In this document: in pieces, positions 27,477 to 35,760 of the stretch
How positions within the stretch are numbered: the stretch's first letter is position 1
Layout of the letters: every line of letters begins with the position of its first letter
Virus record (IMG/VR): IMGVR_UViG_3300045988_143165
Coordinates: 3,410-67,409 of that record
DNA from: a virus
DNA length: 64,000 nt
Strand: one strand, 5' to 3'
Program-made: the position numbers and the translations under genes
Notes under the pieces: model-generated
Databases searched by the model: none
What the model saw: the letters and a program-made list of their open reading frames with translations, nothing else
Told to the model about the DNA's origin: nothing

Positions 27477-29726
27477 TTATAATAACTGACCCATAAAGTA
27501 ATCAGTATCGAAAGCCGTGATAATCGGAACTTCCGGCTTTTCCTTTACAACAGGTTTTGTAGTACCCGTAACCTCGTCAAGCTCATTTACAATTTCATAA
27601 GGTACTGTTGTATCATTGCTGAAAATGATGTCTGCTTCATTTCTATCTGTGACAATACTACCTCTTGCAATAGCATTCATCATTATGAGGTCATAAATAT
27701 TTGCCTTATTAAGATGTGTTAAGCCATAGCAAGTTGCGGTTACACCGTGTAAATTACTTTCAAGATTATTTCCATAAAACCTCGAACTTGCATTCTGAAG
27801 GTTCATATCACACCAAATGAATTTACGCTCAACGCAATCGAATATAACGGGTATAGCAACAGTGCTGTCAGCAGTTAAGTCAATCTTCATTTCAACTGTT
27901 TGCGGCTCGAATATCTCGCCGCTATTTATATCTTCTCTTTCCATCCATCCAAAACGGCAATTAGGAAGCGTAGAAAAATGCTGTCCTGTAAAACTATAAA
28001 CCTGAAATGCAATGTATCTACCAGTGTTTTTAGCAACTGCATCAATCTCTACATCAATAAACTCTGCTACACCATCACCATTAACATTTCCGCCATTGGT
28101 AATATCACCCGAATGATATGCTCTGTACTTTGCAGAGCGAAGTTGTGTGTATGATACACGGTCAACATACTGCCAATTTTCATCATAGATGGTTGCAGAA
28201 AGGTCAATATCAACCCTGCTTTCATCCCAGCTATTTCTCGTCTTATCGGTATTAGTCCACCAAATAAAACCACGAACAGCCGTAGCATCTTCCTTAATGG
28301 GCAATTTACTACCACGAACAATGGTCTTAACAGCCTTACTTGCACTTCTCTGACTAAACGGAACAAGGTAGTTTTTGAAATCCTCATCAATATAAACCTT
28401 TCCGAGAAAATCTTTTTCCTTGTACTGTTCAATTAAAGCCTCACGGCAAATCCTTGCAACATTTTTACATACATTGCTATTGATTTTAGGAAGTTCATTT
28501 CTGATAACCATAGCTTTTGCAAGGTTTCCTTTAGGAAAGAATACTCTTACAGGCTGATTATCATTCTCCATTCTTCCTATGAAATGCTGTCTTACCTGAA
28601 GGAGTACAGGAGTTGAGATTTCTGTTGCAACTTCCTTAAAACAGTTGACAATATAATTCGGATTATCTGCATCACGAACAAGTTTGTCAAGTTGCCTTGC
28701 GAACTCTCCGGGTCTTACTTTTAACAAGGTGGCAGCTTCACGCATATCTTTTGCGGTAATTGCTGCCTGAACCTTTCCTGCAAACATAAGAGGCTTTTTC
28801 TCGTTTCTTAAAGTATTGAATGCAGCGTTGACATTGCTATACTTTGCTTTTTTATATTCAAACGGATGAAGAATTTCTGCAACTCTAATCCATTCATACT
28901 GATAACGGAATAAATCCTCTGTTATGTTACCACAACCAGTAAGCAAGTCCATAATCATACGGCGTTCAACCCTACGAAGATTTCTGTACTTGGTTTTTGA
29001 AGCAAGGCTAATGTCGCCATCGGAAAGTGCTGTTACAAGTCGTAAAACATCCGTTGCGGTCTTGAAGTATTTGCCTATTGAATCGGCGCTTTTGATTGGC
29101 GCTTTTTCAATAATGAGTTTTCCAACGAATGCAACATTCTCTTTAAGAGGGATTGTATCAGGAAGATATGTAGTATAATCAGGACAAGCAAGAATGATAG
29201 TTTCAATGTCCTCTTTGTCCTGCTCCGAGATTGATGTCTTGCTCTCAACAAGATTTGTGAAAATAGTCATCAAATCATCGTGACTTCCTACTGATAAAAC
29301 AGCCATTTTATTGTCATCAATAAGCGGTAAACGCTCATTTTTTTCGTATTCGGGAATCAATGTGCCAAATGACCAGTAATGAACGATTGCATTGATAAAT
29401 AACTCAATGTCACTTGCTTCTGCAACCTGCTGTGGGAAGTTCGGGTACATTGGATTATATGTAACATCCGCACCAACAAGTTCTTTAAGTGCAGGAATAA
29501 GGAAACCATAGAAAGCAGTAAACTCATCTCTTGTAAAATGAAATGCTTTTTCAATAAGTTCCTTTGAAAATGTAAATCCAAGAGCCTGAACATTTTTCAA
29601 GCCGGAAACAACGAGTGCTTTTTCTGTCTTGCTCTGCTCATAAGTCATATTAGCAGGTTCAAACATCACTGAATGCTTACGGCGTAACAAAATCTTATCA
29701 AGTTCTGTTAATTTGAAATTCTTCAT
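27477..29726 (-). CDS. large hypothetical protein (749 aa). Alpha-helical N-terminal ~480 aa plus a C-terminal beta-rich region with a possible vWA-like DxSxT segment. Candidate RNA-binding partner of the flanking structured RNAs
   Basis: Long intact ORF with RBS aaaggagattattacaATG, flanked on both sides by the structured-RNA units. No secure motif recognised. A Ro60/TROVE-like assignment is only a hypothesis. Confidence 0.45.
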   Translation of the reverse strand: MKNFKLTELDKILLRRKHSVMFEPANMTYEQSKTEKALVVSGLKNVQALGFTFSKELIEKAFHFTRDEFTAFYGFLIPALKELVGADVTYNPMYPNFPQQVAEASDIELFINAIVHYWSFGTLIPEYEKNERLPLIDDNKMAVLSVGSHDDLMTIFTNLVESKTSISEQDKEDIETIILACPDYTTYLPDTIPLKENVAFVGKLIIEKAPIKSADSIGKYFKTATDVLRLVTALSDGDISLASKTKYRNLRRVERRMIMDLLTGCGNITEDLFRYQYEWIRVAEILHPFEYKKAKYSNVNAAFNTLRNEKKPLMFAGKVQAAITAKDMREAATLLKVRPGEFARQLDKLVRDADNPNYIVNCFKEVATEISTPVLLQVRQHFIGRMENDNQPVRVFFPKGNLAKAMVIRNELPKINSNVCKNVARICREALIEQYKEKDFLGKVYIDEDFKNYLVPFSQRSASKAVKTIVRGSKLPIKEDATAVRGFIWWTNTDKTRNSWDESRVDIDLSATIYDENWQYVDRVSYTQLRSAKYRAYHSGDITNGGNVNGDGVAEFIDVEIDAVAKNTGRYIAFQVYSFTGQHFSTLPNCRFGWMEREDINSGEIFEPQTVEMKIDLTADSTVAIPVIFDCVERKFIWCDMNLQNASSRFYGNNLESNLHGVTATCYGLTHLNKANIYDLIMMNAIARGSIVTDRNEADIIFSNDTTVPYEIVNELDEVTGTTKPVVKEKPEVPIITAFDTDYFMGQLL

Positions 29727-29821
29727 TGTAATAATCTCCTTTGTTTTAATTTGTCGGTAATCATTGAAACTATTTAGAACCCAATTTCTTTAATAGAAGG
29801 AAGTTTCAATATAGCCGTTAA

Positions 29822-29966
29822 GGGAAATTTGATGGAAATTTTATACTCTATTCTTGTAGGCGCTCTATCCGATTGAGCTAACTACCCACGGGGTAGTGCC
29901 GGGCTTGAACCGACAACCTCCTGCTTAACAGGCAAAAGATTTAGAAGGATGAGTATTTTCAGCCAT
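29822..29966 (-). ncRNA. Y-RNA-like structured RNA carrying a permuted tRNA-like module (unit g), immediately 3' of tRNA-Lys
   Basis: Same architecture as unit c. T-arm GTCGG-TTCAAGC-CCGGC, ACTACCC, loop CGT, GGGTAGT (7/7 complementary), TA, D-arm GCTC-AATCGGATA-GAGC, anticodon-like stem CCTAC/GCAGG (4/5). Clamp helices ttgatgg/ccatcaa and atactc/gagtat covary with unit c. The D-arm and variable region resemble the adjacent tRNA-Lys. Confidence 0.55.
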
Positions 29967-29968
29967 CA

Positions 29969-30044
29969 ATGGTGTGCCAGAGAGGAATCGAACCTCCGAC
30001 CTACCGATTAAAAGTCGATTGCTCTACCGATTGAGCTACTGGCA
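29969..30044 (-). tRNA. tRNA-Lys (anticodon TTT)
   Basis: Anticodon stem ATCGA/TCGGT, loop CTTTTAA, T-arm GGAGG-TTCGATT-CCTCT, CCA encoded. Confidence 0.8.
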
Positions 30045-30052
30045 CATATATA

Positions 30053-30128
30053 TTGGGTGGAAGTAAAGGAATTGAACCTTTTCTTGCAGTGTCACAAACT
30101 GCCGTGCTTACCGTTACACTAACAACCA
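30053..30128 (-). tRNA. tRNA-His (anticodon GTG) with encoded G-1
   Basis: Anticodon stem GCAGT/ACTGC, loop TTGTGAC, extra 5' G opposite discriminator C, two U-U pairs in the acceptor stem, CCA encoded. Confidence 0.7.
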
Positions 30129-30134
30129 CATATA

Positions 30135-30210
30135 TTGGAGCATATGGCTGGAATTGAACCAGCAATGACGGAGTTGCAGTCCGCTGCCTTAACCATTTGG
30201 CTACATATGC
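30135..30210 (-). tRNA. tRNA-Cys (anticodon GCA)
   Basis: Acceptor GCATATG/CATATGC, anticodon loop CTGCAAC, CCA encoded. Confidence 0.8.
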
Positions 30211-30597
30211 GTGTTTTGGCGGCTCTACGTCTTTCGTGTTGCAACACTTAAATTCTACCGCTAATTAGTGTCCTTTAGATAATCGTCATTATCGCACCCA
30301 CTAATAAAGGCTATTCCTTTCTTCATAGACTTACGAGAATTAGGTTTTTCAGACTTCTGGCAATTTCCATCTCTGGTTATTATACGAACACCTTTAACCC
30401 TTTGCCTCTATGCCGATTGTGTACTGAACATCGGGAAACATTTTGGAGATTTTATTTTGAGTCGTTGCTCCAACCCTCGACTTGCGAGTATATGCACCTT
30501 GTACTTCGGCATTGAGACTCGTAACTATGAATAAGAAAACCTTTCTCGTCCAATACAAAGGCTGTACCTTTTAATCGCATATTTATCTCTCACTTAC
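30211..30597 (-). other. 387-nt non-coding spacer between tRNA-Cys and tRNA-Trp (possible structured RNA)
   Basis: No ORF of 60 aa or more on either strand. It sits inside a co-oriented tRNA operon. No tRNA, RNase P RNA or tmRNA signature was recognised. Confidence 0.3.
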
Positions 30598-30673
30598 CTG
30601 GCAGGAGAGGAAGGATTTGAACCCTCATCTACATCGGTTTTGGAAACCGGAGTTCTCCATTAAACTACCCACC
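30598..30673 (-). tRNA. tRNA-Trp (anticodon CCA)
   Basis: Anticodon stem CCGGT/ACCGG, loop TTCCAAA, T-arm GAGGG-TTCAAAT-CCTTC, CCA encoded, one U-U pair in the acceptor. Confidence 0.75.
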
Positions 30674-30787
30674 TATATATTACCTTGCTTGTGGTATAAA
30701 CTCTGCAAGGCATAGAGTTTGTATCGTACCACTCAACCCCTTATTTATTCGCTTTATTTTAGGTATCTAATAATTGCGATTAGATTA

Positions 30788-30878
30788 CTGGCGGCGAGGG
30801 TGAGACTCGAACTCACACACCGTTTTCCGGCTACTAACAGTTTAGCAAACTGCTTCCTTACCATTAGGATTACCTCGC
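30788..30878 (-). tRNA. tRNA-Ser (anticodon GCT), type II
   Basis: Acceptor GGCGAGG/CCTCGCC, anticodon loop TTGCTAA, long variable arm, CCA encoded. Confidence 0.75.
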
Positions 30879-30881
30879 CAT

Positions 30882-30957
30882 ATGGCTGGGGTGGTTGGAC
30901 TCGAACCAACGAAATGCAGGAGTCAAAGTCCTGTGCCTTACCGCTTGGCGACACCCC
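30882..30957 (-). tRNA. tRNA-Gln (anticodon TTG)
   Basis: Acceptor TGGGGTG/CACCCCA, anticodon stem CAGGA/TCCTG, loop CTTTGAC, CCA encoded. Confidence 0.8.
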
Positions 30958-30962
30958 AATAT

Positions 30963-31037
30963 ATGGAGCGAATAGAGAGAATTGAACTCTCACTTCAAGT
31001 TTGGAAAACTTGCGTGCTAACCTTTACACTATATTCG
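30963..31037 (-). tRNA. tRNA-Gly (anticodon TCC)
   Basis: Acceptor GCGAATA/TATTCGC, anticodon stem CAAGT/ACTTG, loop TTTCCAA, CCA encoded. Confidence 0.8.
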
Positions 31038-31186
31038 CAAGTGGTTATTTATAAGGCTGTTTATCAAATTCCATTTACTACTGCTTCTGCCTTATATACG
31101 ATACCCGAAACGAACCCCAACATCAAATTGGGCTTATATATATCGCACATACTTCGTAGCACCTTAATAACCGATGAAATTATGTA

Positions 31187-32791
31187 TTACTCTGTTCCAG
31201 CTTCAACAGATGTTTCGGGTAAAACCTTTACGCCGTCAGAATTTACATTTTCATCTTTAACACCATTAACAGTTGTGTTAGTGGTTGTTGCAAGTAAACC
31301 CTTTACGGGTTCGGAAATGCTTGAAACCAAGCCACGAATTTCATCATTAAATGACTGTCCGTTGAGTGCCTGATTCTCTGTATTCAACTTCTTCATAAGG
31401 GCAGGAACACTTGCCAGAGTGTCGATAAGAACATTTCCTGTTCCGCTGGAAGTATTGCCACCACCGATATTTACGAACTCTGCGTTCTGACCGATGTTAG
31501 CCATAATCTCGGCTGTCTTTGTAGCAATAGTAATCTTTGCTTCGTTCTCAATCTTCAACTTCTCAATCTCAAAGTTGACCTTTTCATTGGATGCACGGGC
31601 TTCTGCTAATGCTCTTTCGCCTTCTGCCTGTGCCATTAACTTCTGTTTCTCAACTTCCGCCTCGGCAAGACCTCTCTGGCGAATAACCTCTGCTTCTGCA
31701 ATACCTTTCTGTTTAGTAACATCTGCAACAGCAGTACCCTCTTTACGAGTTTTCTCTGCGGTAGCTTCTGCTGTAATCTTGGTAGCACTTGCTTCTTTCT
31801 CTGCAACCTCAACGGTAGCATCTGCACTTACCTTACGGACATTTGCATCGGCTTCGGCTTCAATTTGTCTCTTTTGCTTTTCAGCCTCGGCTCTTGTAGC
31901 AATTACTTCTTTTTCCTTCATTGCCGCAAGATTAGCCTGTTCTTGCTCAACAACCTTGATACAACCTTGCTGTTGAGCAATTTCCTGCTGCCTAATCGTT
32001 CTCTGCAATTCACCTGCGATTGCGGCATCGGCATCTGCCTTATCTGTTTCTGCTTTAAATTCTGCAATCTTCAAGTTGTTATCTCTTTGTTTAGCAGCAA
32101 CAGCAAGTTTGGAGTCAAGTTCATTCTGGGAAGCAACCTTTTCGGATTCTGCTTTTTGTGTACGAACTGCCTGGTCAACTACCGCCTTTTTGTTCTCTGC
32201 TTCACGGCGCTTATCTTCCATATCAAGAGCAGCAATATTGTCATAGTAGCCGTTATTGTCTGTAATGTCCTGAATGTTGAGTGATACAAGTTCCATACCC
32301 ATATTTACCATTTCATCAGAAACAATTTTTTTAACATTATCGGCAAAAGCAACTTTGTCACGAAGAACTTCTTCCGGTGTCATTGATGCCACAATATCAC
32401 GAACCGCACCTGTTAATGTCAATTTTACATCGTTTATAATTCCGTCTTGACCTCGTTCTTTGAATGAGATAATTGCTTTCTTCAAATTATCCATATTATC
32501 GGTGTCAGGTCTAATCTGTGCAGTCCAATCAATTACAATAGGCACAGATGTTTTGGTCTTTACTTCGTCTCTGTCTGCTGTAACAGTCAACATACAAAGG
32601 TCAAAATATTGAGCCTTTCGGAAAATCGGGATTACAAAAGAACCACCAGATACCTTAATTTTAGGTTCTTTGCCACCTGTTACGATGAGTGCTTTGTCAA
32701 TACCTGCAACTTTATAAATTAAGCAACAGAATATGACAACTACAATAATTGCTGAGATTGCAATTCCGACAGGAATGAGAAATGATGTCAT
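31187..32791 (-). CDS. flotillin-like SPFH/Band-7 domain protein
   Basis: N-terminal TM, then an SPFH core (GGSFVIPIFRKAQYFDL...), a long Ala/Glu/Lys-rich coiled coil and a C-terminal tail, typical of YqiK/FloA-type flotillins. Confidence 0.7.
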   Translation of the reverse strand: MTSFLIPVGIAISAIIVVVIFCCLIYKVAGIDKALIVTGGKEPKIKVSGGSFVIPIFRKAQYFDLCMLTVTADRDEVKTKTSVPIVIDWTAQIRPDTDNMDNLKKAIISFKERGQDGIINDVKLTLTGAVRDIVASMTPEEVLRDKVAFADNVKKIVSDEMVNMGMELVSLNIQDITDNNGYYDNIAALDMEDKRREAENKKAVVDQAVRTQKAESEKVASQNELDSKLAVAAKQRDNNLKIAEFKAETDKADADAAIAGELQRTIRQQEIAQQQGCIKVVEQEQANLAAMKEKEVIATRAEAEKQKRQIEAEADANVRKVSADATVEVAEKEASATKITAEATAEKTRKEGTAVADVTKQKGIAEAEVIRQRGLAEAEVEKQKLMAQAEGERALAEARASNEKVNFEIEKLKIENEAKITIATKTAEIMANIGQNAEFVNIGGGNTSSGTGNVLIDTLASVPALMKKLNTENQALNGQSFNDEIRGLVSSISEPVKGLLATTTNTTVNGVKDENVNSDGVKVLPETSVEAGTE

Positions 32792-32992
32792 ATTTAACTC
32801 CCTCTTATTTCTTTATATTTCTCTTTATATCTAAAAATCGAGCCATAGGTCTCGCACCTATGGGAGCAATGGCTGGATTAGTCTGCGCACAACGTACCAA
32901 CAATTATCTCTCTTAATTACTTTCTATTTTTACATTGCTTTTTCAAACGCCGATACTTTTAAGGAACTTTCTTTTTGGTCGAACATTCTGGA

Positions 32993-33070
32993 GTCGAACC
33001 AGAGCCGCGACTTCACCGCCGCTATGCTACCGTTACACCATTAGTTCTAATTCCTGCCACCCATTCAGTG
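32993..33070 (-). other. tRNA-like fragment ending in CCA (possible attP core or pseudo-tRNA)
   Basis: T-arm TCTGG-TTCGACT-CCAGA, then ATGTTCG-A-CCA. The upstream part has a GAA-containing hairpin but no canonical 5' acceptor or D-arm. A promoter lies upstream and the flotillin gene follows. Confidence 0.3.
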
Positions 33071-33234
33071 ATTGTACGGTCTTTCTGAATGGTTCGTACA
33101 TTGTGGCATATCCTCGTAAGGCTTTGCTGTTCACTACTCGATTGTTATTTATTTAATTTTGCGTTGCTCAATATTATTTCTTAATGCATTTAGAATTGCC
33201 GACCTTTTAGGTCAGCACTCTTGATTACTTCTAT

Positions 33235-33290
33235 ACTATATCATATATTTAGGTGTTTGTCAAGAGGTTTTGCAAAATTATTTTTTTAAG
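33235..33290 (-). promoter_or_regulatory. consensus promoter with conserved upstream element (P9)
   Basis: Minus sense: TTGACA, 17 nt, TATAGT, preceded by TAAAAAAATAATTTTGCAAAACC. A downstream hairpin GCTGACC/GGTCGGC lies at 33199-33217. Confidence 0.5.
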
Positions 33291-34030
33291 ATTGAAATGC
33301 TACAATTTGATACGGTATATTTCGTTTTTTAGCACTATCAATCATTTGTTTTGTTCCTTTACTCTTTCCATTCCAAAATGCAAACACATATGAATCGCAA
33401 GTAGATACATCTATATAGTCGAGCATTTGAATGTTTCTAATATAACCTGCCCTTTTACCGAATTGTTCCCAATTTGCCGGAAACCTCTTTAATAATATGC
33501 ACTTTTCTCTGGCATATCTTTCTCCGAGTTGGTCTGTACCACGAGCAGCACCGCTTATAATAGTTATCTTATTATTAGGGTGTTCTTTGACAAATTTATT
33601 AAGGTACTTTTCCAATAGTTCGTAGTTATTAAAGTCTCTACTACCAGCAATAATAACCCTTATTTCAGGTCTTTCTTCATTAAATAATTTTTCCACAAAT
33701 AAATCCATTTCATAAATCAACTTGAAACAGTTACCGTGAGATGCGTGATTCTGCCAAGAACAGTAAATCTCATTGAACTTTTCTCGCTTCATTCTTCCTT
33801 GTGCTACTAACTTTGCGTACTTTCTTAAACGCTTTTTAACTTGCCTTTTGTTATCTCCATTAGGAACAATTTCAGTCTTGTTATTAAGCGTTAATTTTAA
33901 GTTAGCTAAATACTCTTTGGTTTTAATAAGACATTCTTTTAGATACTCTTTATCATTAGATAGTAAATAAAAGTCATCCATATATCTACCATAATATTTG
34001 CATCCAAGCTCATCGACAATATAATGGTCA
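33286..34030 (-). pseudogene. reverse-transcriptase remnant (motif C YMDD plus thumb) fused to a SLOG/DUF2493-like domain. N-terminal RT motifs are missing
   Basis: The frame is open from the stop at about 34031: VFVLIFLNGLDHYIVDELGCKYYGRYMDDFYLL..KLTLNNKTEIVP (retron/Abi-type RT motifs B', C and thumb), then RVIIAGSRDF...ISGAARGTD...NWEQFGKRAGYIRN...GKSKGTKQ (SLOG-like). Only about 190 nt separate it from the upstream DUF6273 gene, too short for RT motifs 1-A-B. Confidence 0.5.
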
Positions 34031-34218
34031 AGTCCGTTGAGGAATATCAGGACAAATACTTACGTGTATCAAGTGCATATTCTTGTAATTTGTCGGCAAG
34101 TCTGCGAAACTTAACAGGATAATGTTGTCTATTTGTTGTCAAGTCAAAAACCTCTGTATATAGTATTTCCGCTTTTCGCCTATTAGAAATTTAGTTTCTT
34201 CACTCATTTGAAATCATT

Positions 34219-34827
34219 TCAAGATACTAAGATAGAAGAATTCAAGATACAAAACGGGCGAACACCATGGCAACAGCCACAGCCGCACCAACCGAGAATG
34301 CGGCTGGAATTGACACAGCAAACGCCAAGAGCATAGTAATTATTAAGTGTCGTTACACCTGTTGCAGTCCAGAACCACTTATCAACAGCAGGAAGAAATT
34401 CACGATAACGGCGATAGTTCTCCGTAGTAATGATTGAAACATTGTCTTTGCAACTTGCGCCCTTGTTAGAACCATCATCGCACACGAGTTTTACCCTATG
34501 AGAAATGATGTTATCTTTACCTACAACCCTTGCAAGTTCCTTATAAAATTCTCCATTGCAGAATTCACGAACATAACTCTTTGCATAATCACCGGTTTCG
34601 CCAAAGTCCATTTCCTTAACAATGCTTTTTGTGATTACTGCCGTAGTTTCTTCTGCGTGACCAAGAACAATGTATTCACGGTTGCCGAGTTTTACAGTCT
34701 CTCCGGGTTTAACATCACCGAGCTTTTTGCCTGTCTTTTCAAAAAGAAGAATAGCAAGTGAGCCATCATCATTCTGATTGACTGTAACATTTACATTGGG
34801 AATGTTGTTTGTAATATTAACTTTCAT
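34219..34827 (-). CDS. DUF6273-like protein (paralog B)
   Basis: KPGETVKLGNREYIVLGH, FCNGEFYKELA, KWFWTATG...GCGCCHGVRPFCILNSSI motifs. Its 3' end shares nucleotide identity with paralog A. Confidence 0.55.
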   Translation of the reverse strand: MKVNITNNIPNVNVTVNQNDDGSLAILLFEKTGKKLGDVKPGETVKLGNREYIVLGHAEETTAVITKSIVKEMDFGETGDYAKSYVREFCNGEFYKELARVVGKDNIISHRVKLVCDDGSNKGASCKDNVSIITTENYRRYREFLPAVDKWFWTATGVTTLNNYYALGVCCVNSSRILGWCGCGCCHGVRPFCILNSSILVS

Positions 34828-34992
34828 TTTATCAACCTCTTTTTTGCGTATTTCTCAATACGATTTTTAATGTACTCATATAATAGCATACATATCTCCA
34901 TTTGTCAATAACATTTTTGAAAAAAATCAAAATTATTTCTAATTTTCGTGAAAATTAAGATATGTTTTGAAATTATCATATATTCCAAATTT

Positions 34993-35760
34993 CTAATTTG
35001 AATGATATTCAAAGCACGGCATTAACTGTAACTTGAACATATTTTTTTCGTGCATTTCGTTAATTTTTGCCTTTACTTTTTCGTCATCACATATTCCAGT
35101 TCTTATATACTTATCAAGAACTGCATAGGTGAAGCCAAAACTATCTTCATCTGTCTTTCCACAAAGTCCATCTGTCGGAGTTTTGTGTGCAAGCTCATTA
35201 GGTAAGCCACAATCCTCTGCTATGGCAATTACTTCTGTTTTTGTAAGCATTGCAAGAGGACTAAAATCTCCTGCTGCATCACCGTATCGTGTAGAATAAC
35301 CGATATAATCTTCCGAAAGATTGCAGGTATTCATTACTCTGCCATTCATTGATTGAGATACAGCATATAATGTAGCCATTCTCAAACGAGCAGGAAGATT
35401 GATTTTAGTCTGTTCTGAAATATCAATAGGATAATAACCGTCAAAATTTGGGTCATAGTAATCATCAATATTACAGATTATTCCATTGTATGCTTGTTCA
35501 ATATTAACCTCTGTATATTTGATACCAAGATGTGAAACCAACTTAATAGCAGAATCAATATCTTTCTGCACGCCATTTGGCATAAGCACACCAAATACCC
35601 TGTCTTTCCCAAGTGCTTCAACGCACAAAGCAGCAACCGTGCTTGAGTCTATGCCACCTGAAATTCCGATAATAGCATTACAGTCTTTTCCATTTTTTTT
35701 AAATATATCTCTTATCCATTCAACAACATCATTTTTGACTTTTATTACATCAAATGTCAT
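34993..35760 (-). CDS. nadE: NH3-dependent NAD+ synthetase
   Basis: PP-loop GISGGIDSS. About 255 aa, typical NadE size. Distal part of the NAD+ salvage gene set. Confidence 0.8.
   Translation of the reverse strand: MTFDVIKVKNDVVEWIRDIFKKNGKDCNAIIGISGGIDSSTVAALCVEALGKDRVFGVLMPNGVQKDIDSAIKLVSHLGIKYTEVNIEQAYNGIICNIDDYYDPNFDGYYPIDISEQTKINLPARLRMATLYAVSQSMNGRVMNTCNLSEDYIGYSTRYGDAAGDFSPLAMLTKTEVIAIAEDCGLPNELAHKTPTDGLCGKTDEDSFGFTYAVLDKYIRTGICDDEKVKAKINEMHEKNMFKLQLMPCFEYHSN

Noticed and set aside
26852-29951. Conserved UCAUCCUUCUA taken as a copy of the 16S rRNA anti-SD tail
   Set aside because: It resembles CACCUCCUUUCU only loosely (lacks CCUCC). Probably coincidental. It is mentioned only as a speculative idea.
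26840-29966. Plus-strand TAGAAGGATGA read as a Shine-Dalgarno sequence plus start codon for small ORFs
   Set aside because: AAGGA is immediately followed by TGA with no spacer and no downstream ORF. tRNA-like elements and G-U pairs in the helices show the functional strand is the minus strand.
24829-31037. Amber-suppressor tRNA (CUA anticodon) to explain the in-frame TAG at 17544
   Set aside because: All 13 tRNA genes were read. Anticodons are CAT, CAA, TGA, TAA, ACG, TTT, GTG, GCA, CCA, GCT, TTG, TCC plus one unresolved. None is CTA.
31494-32284. Plus-strand ORFs 31494..31976 and 31865..32284
   Set aside because: Low-complexity Ser/Ala/Leu translations that mirror the coiled-coil region of the minus-strand flotillin gene. 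They have no RBS and are antisense artefacts. The same applies to the other plus-strand track ORFs inside minus-strand genes.
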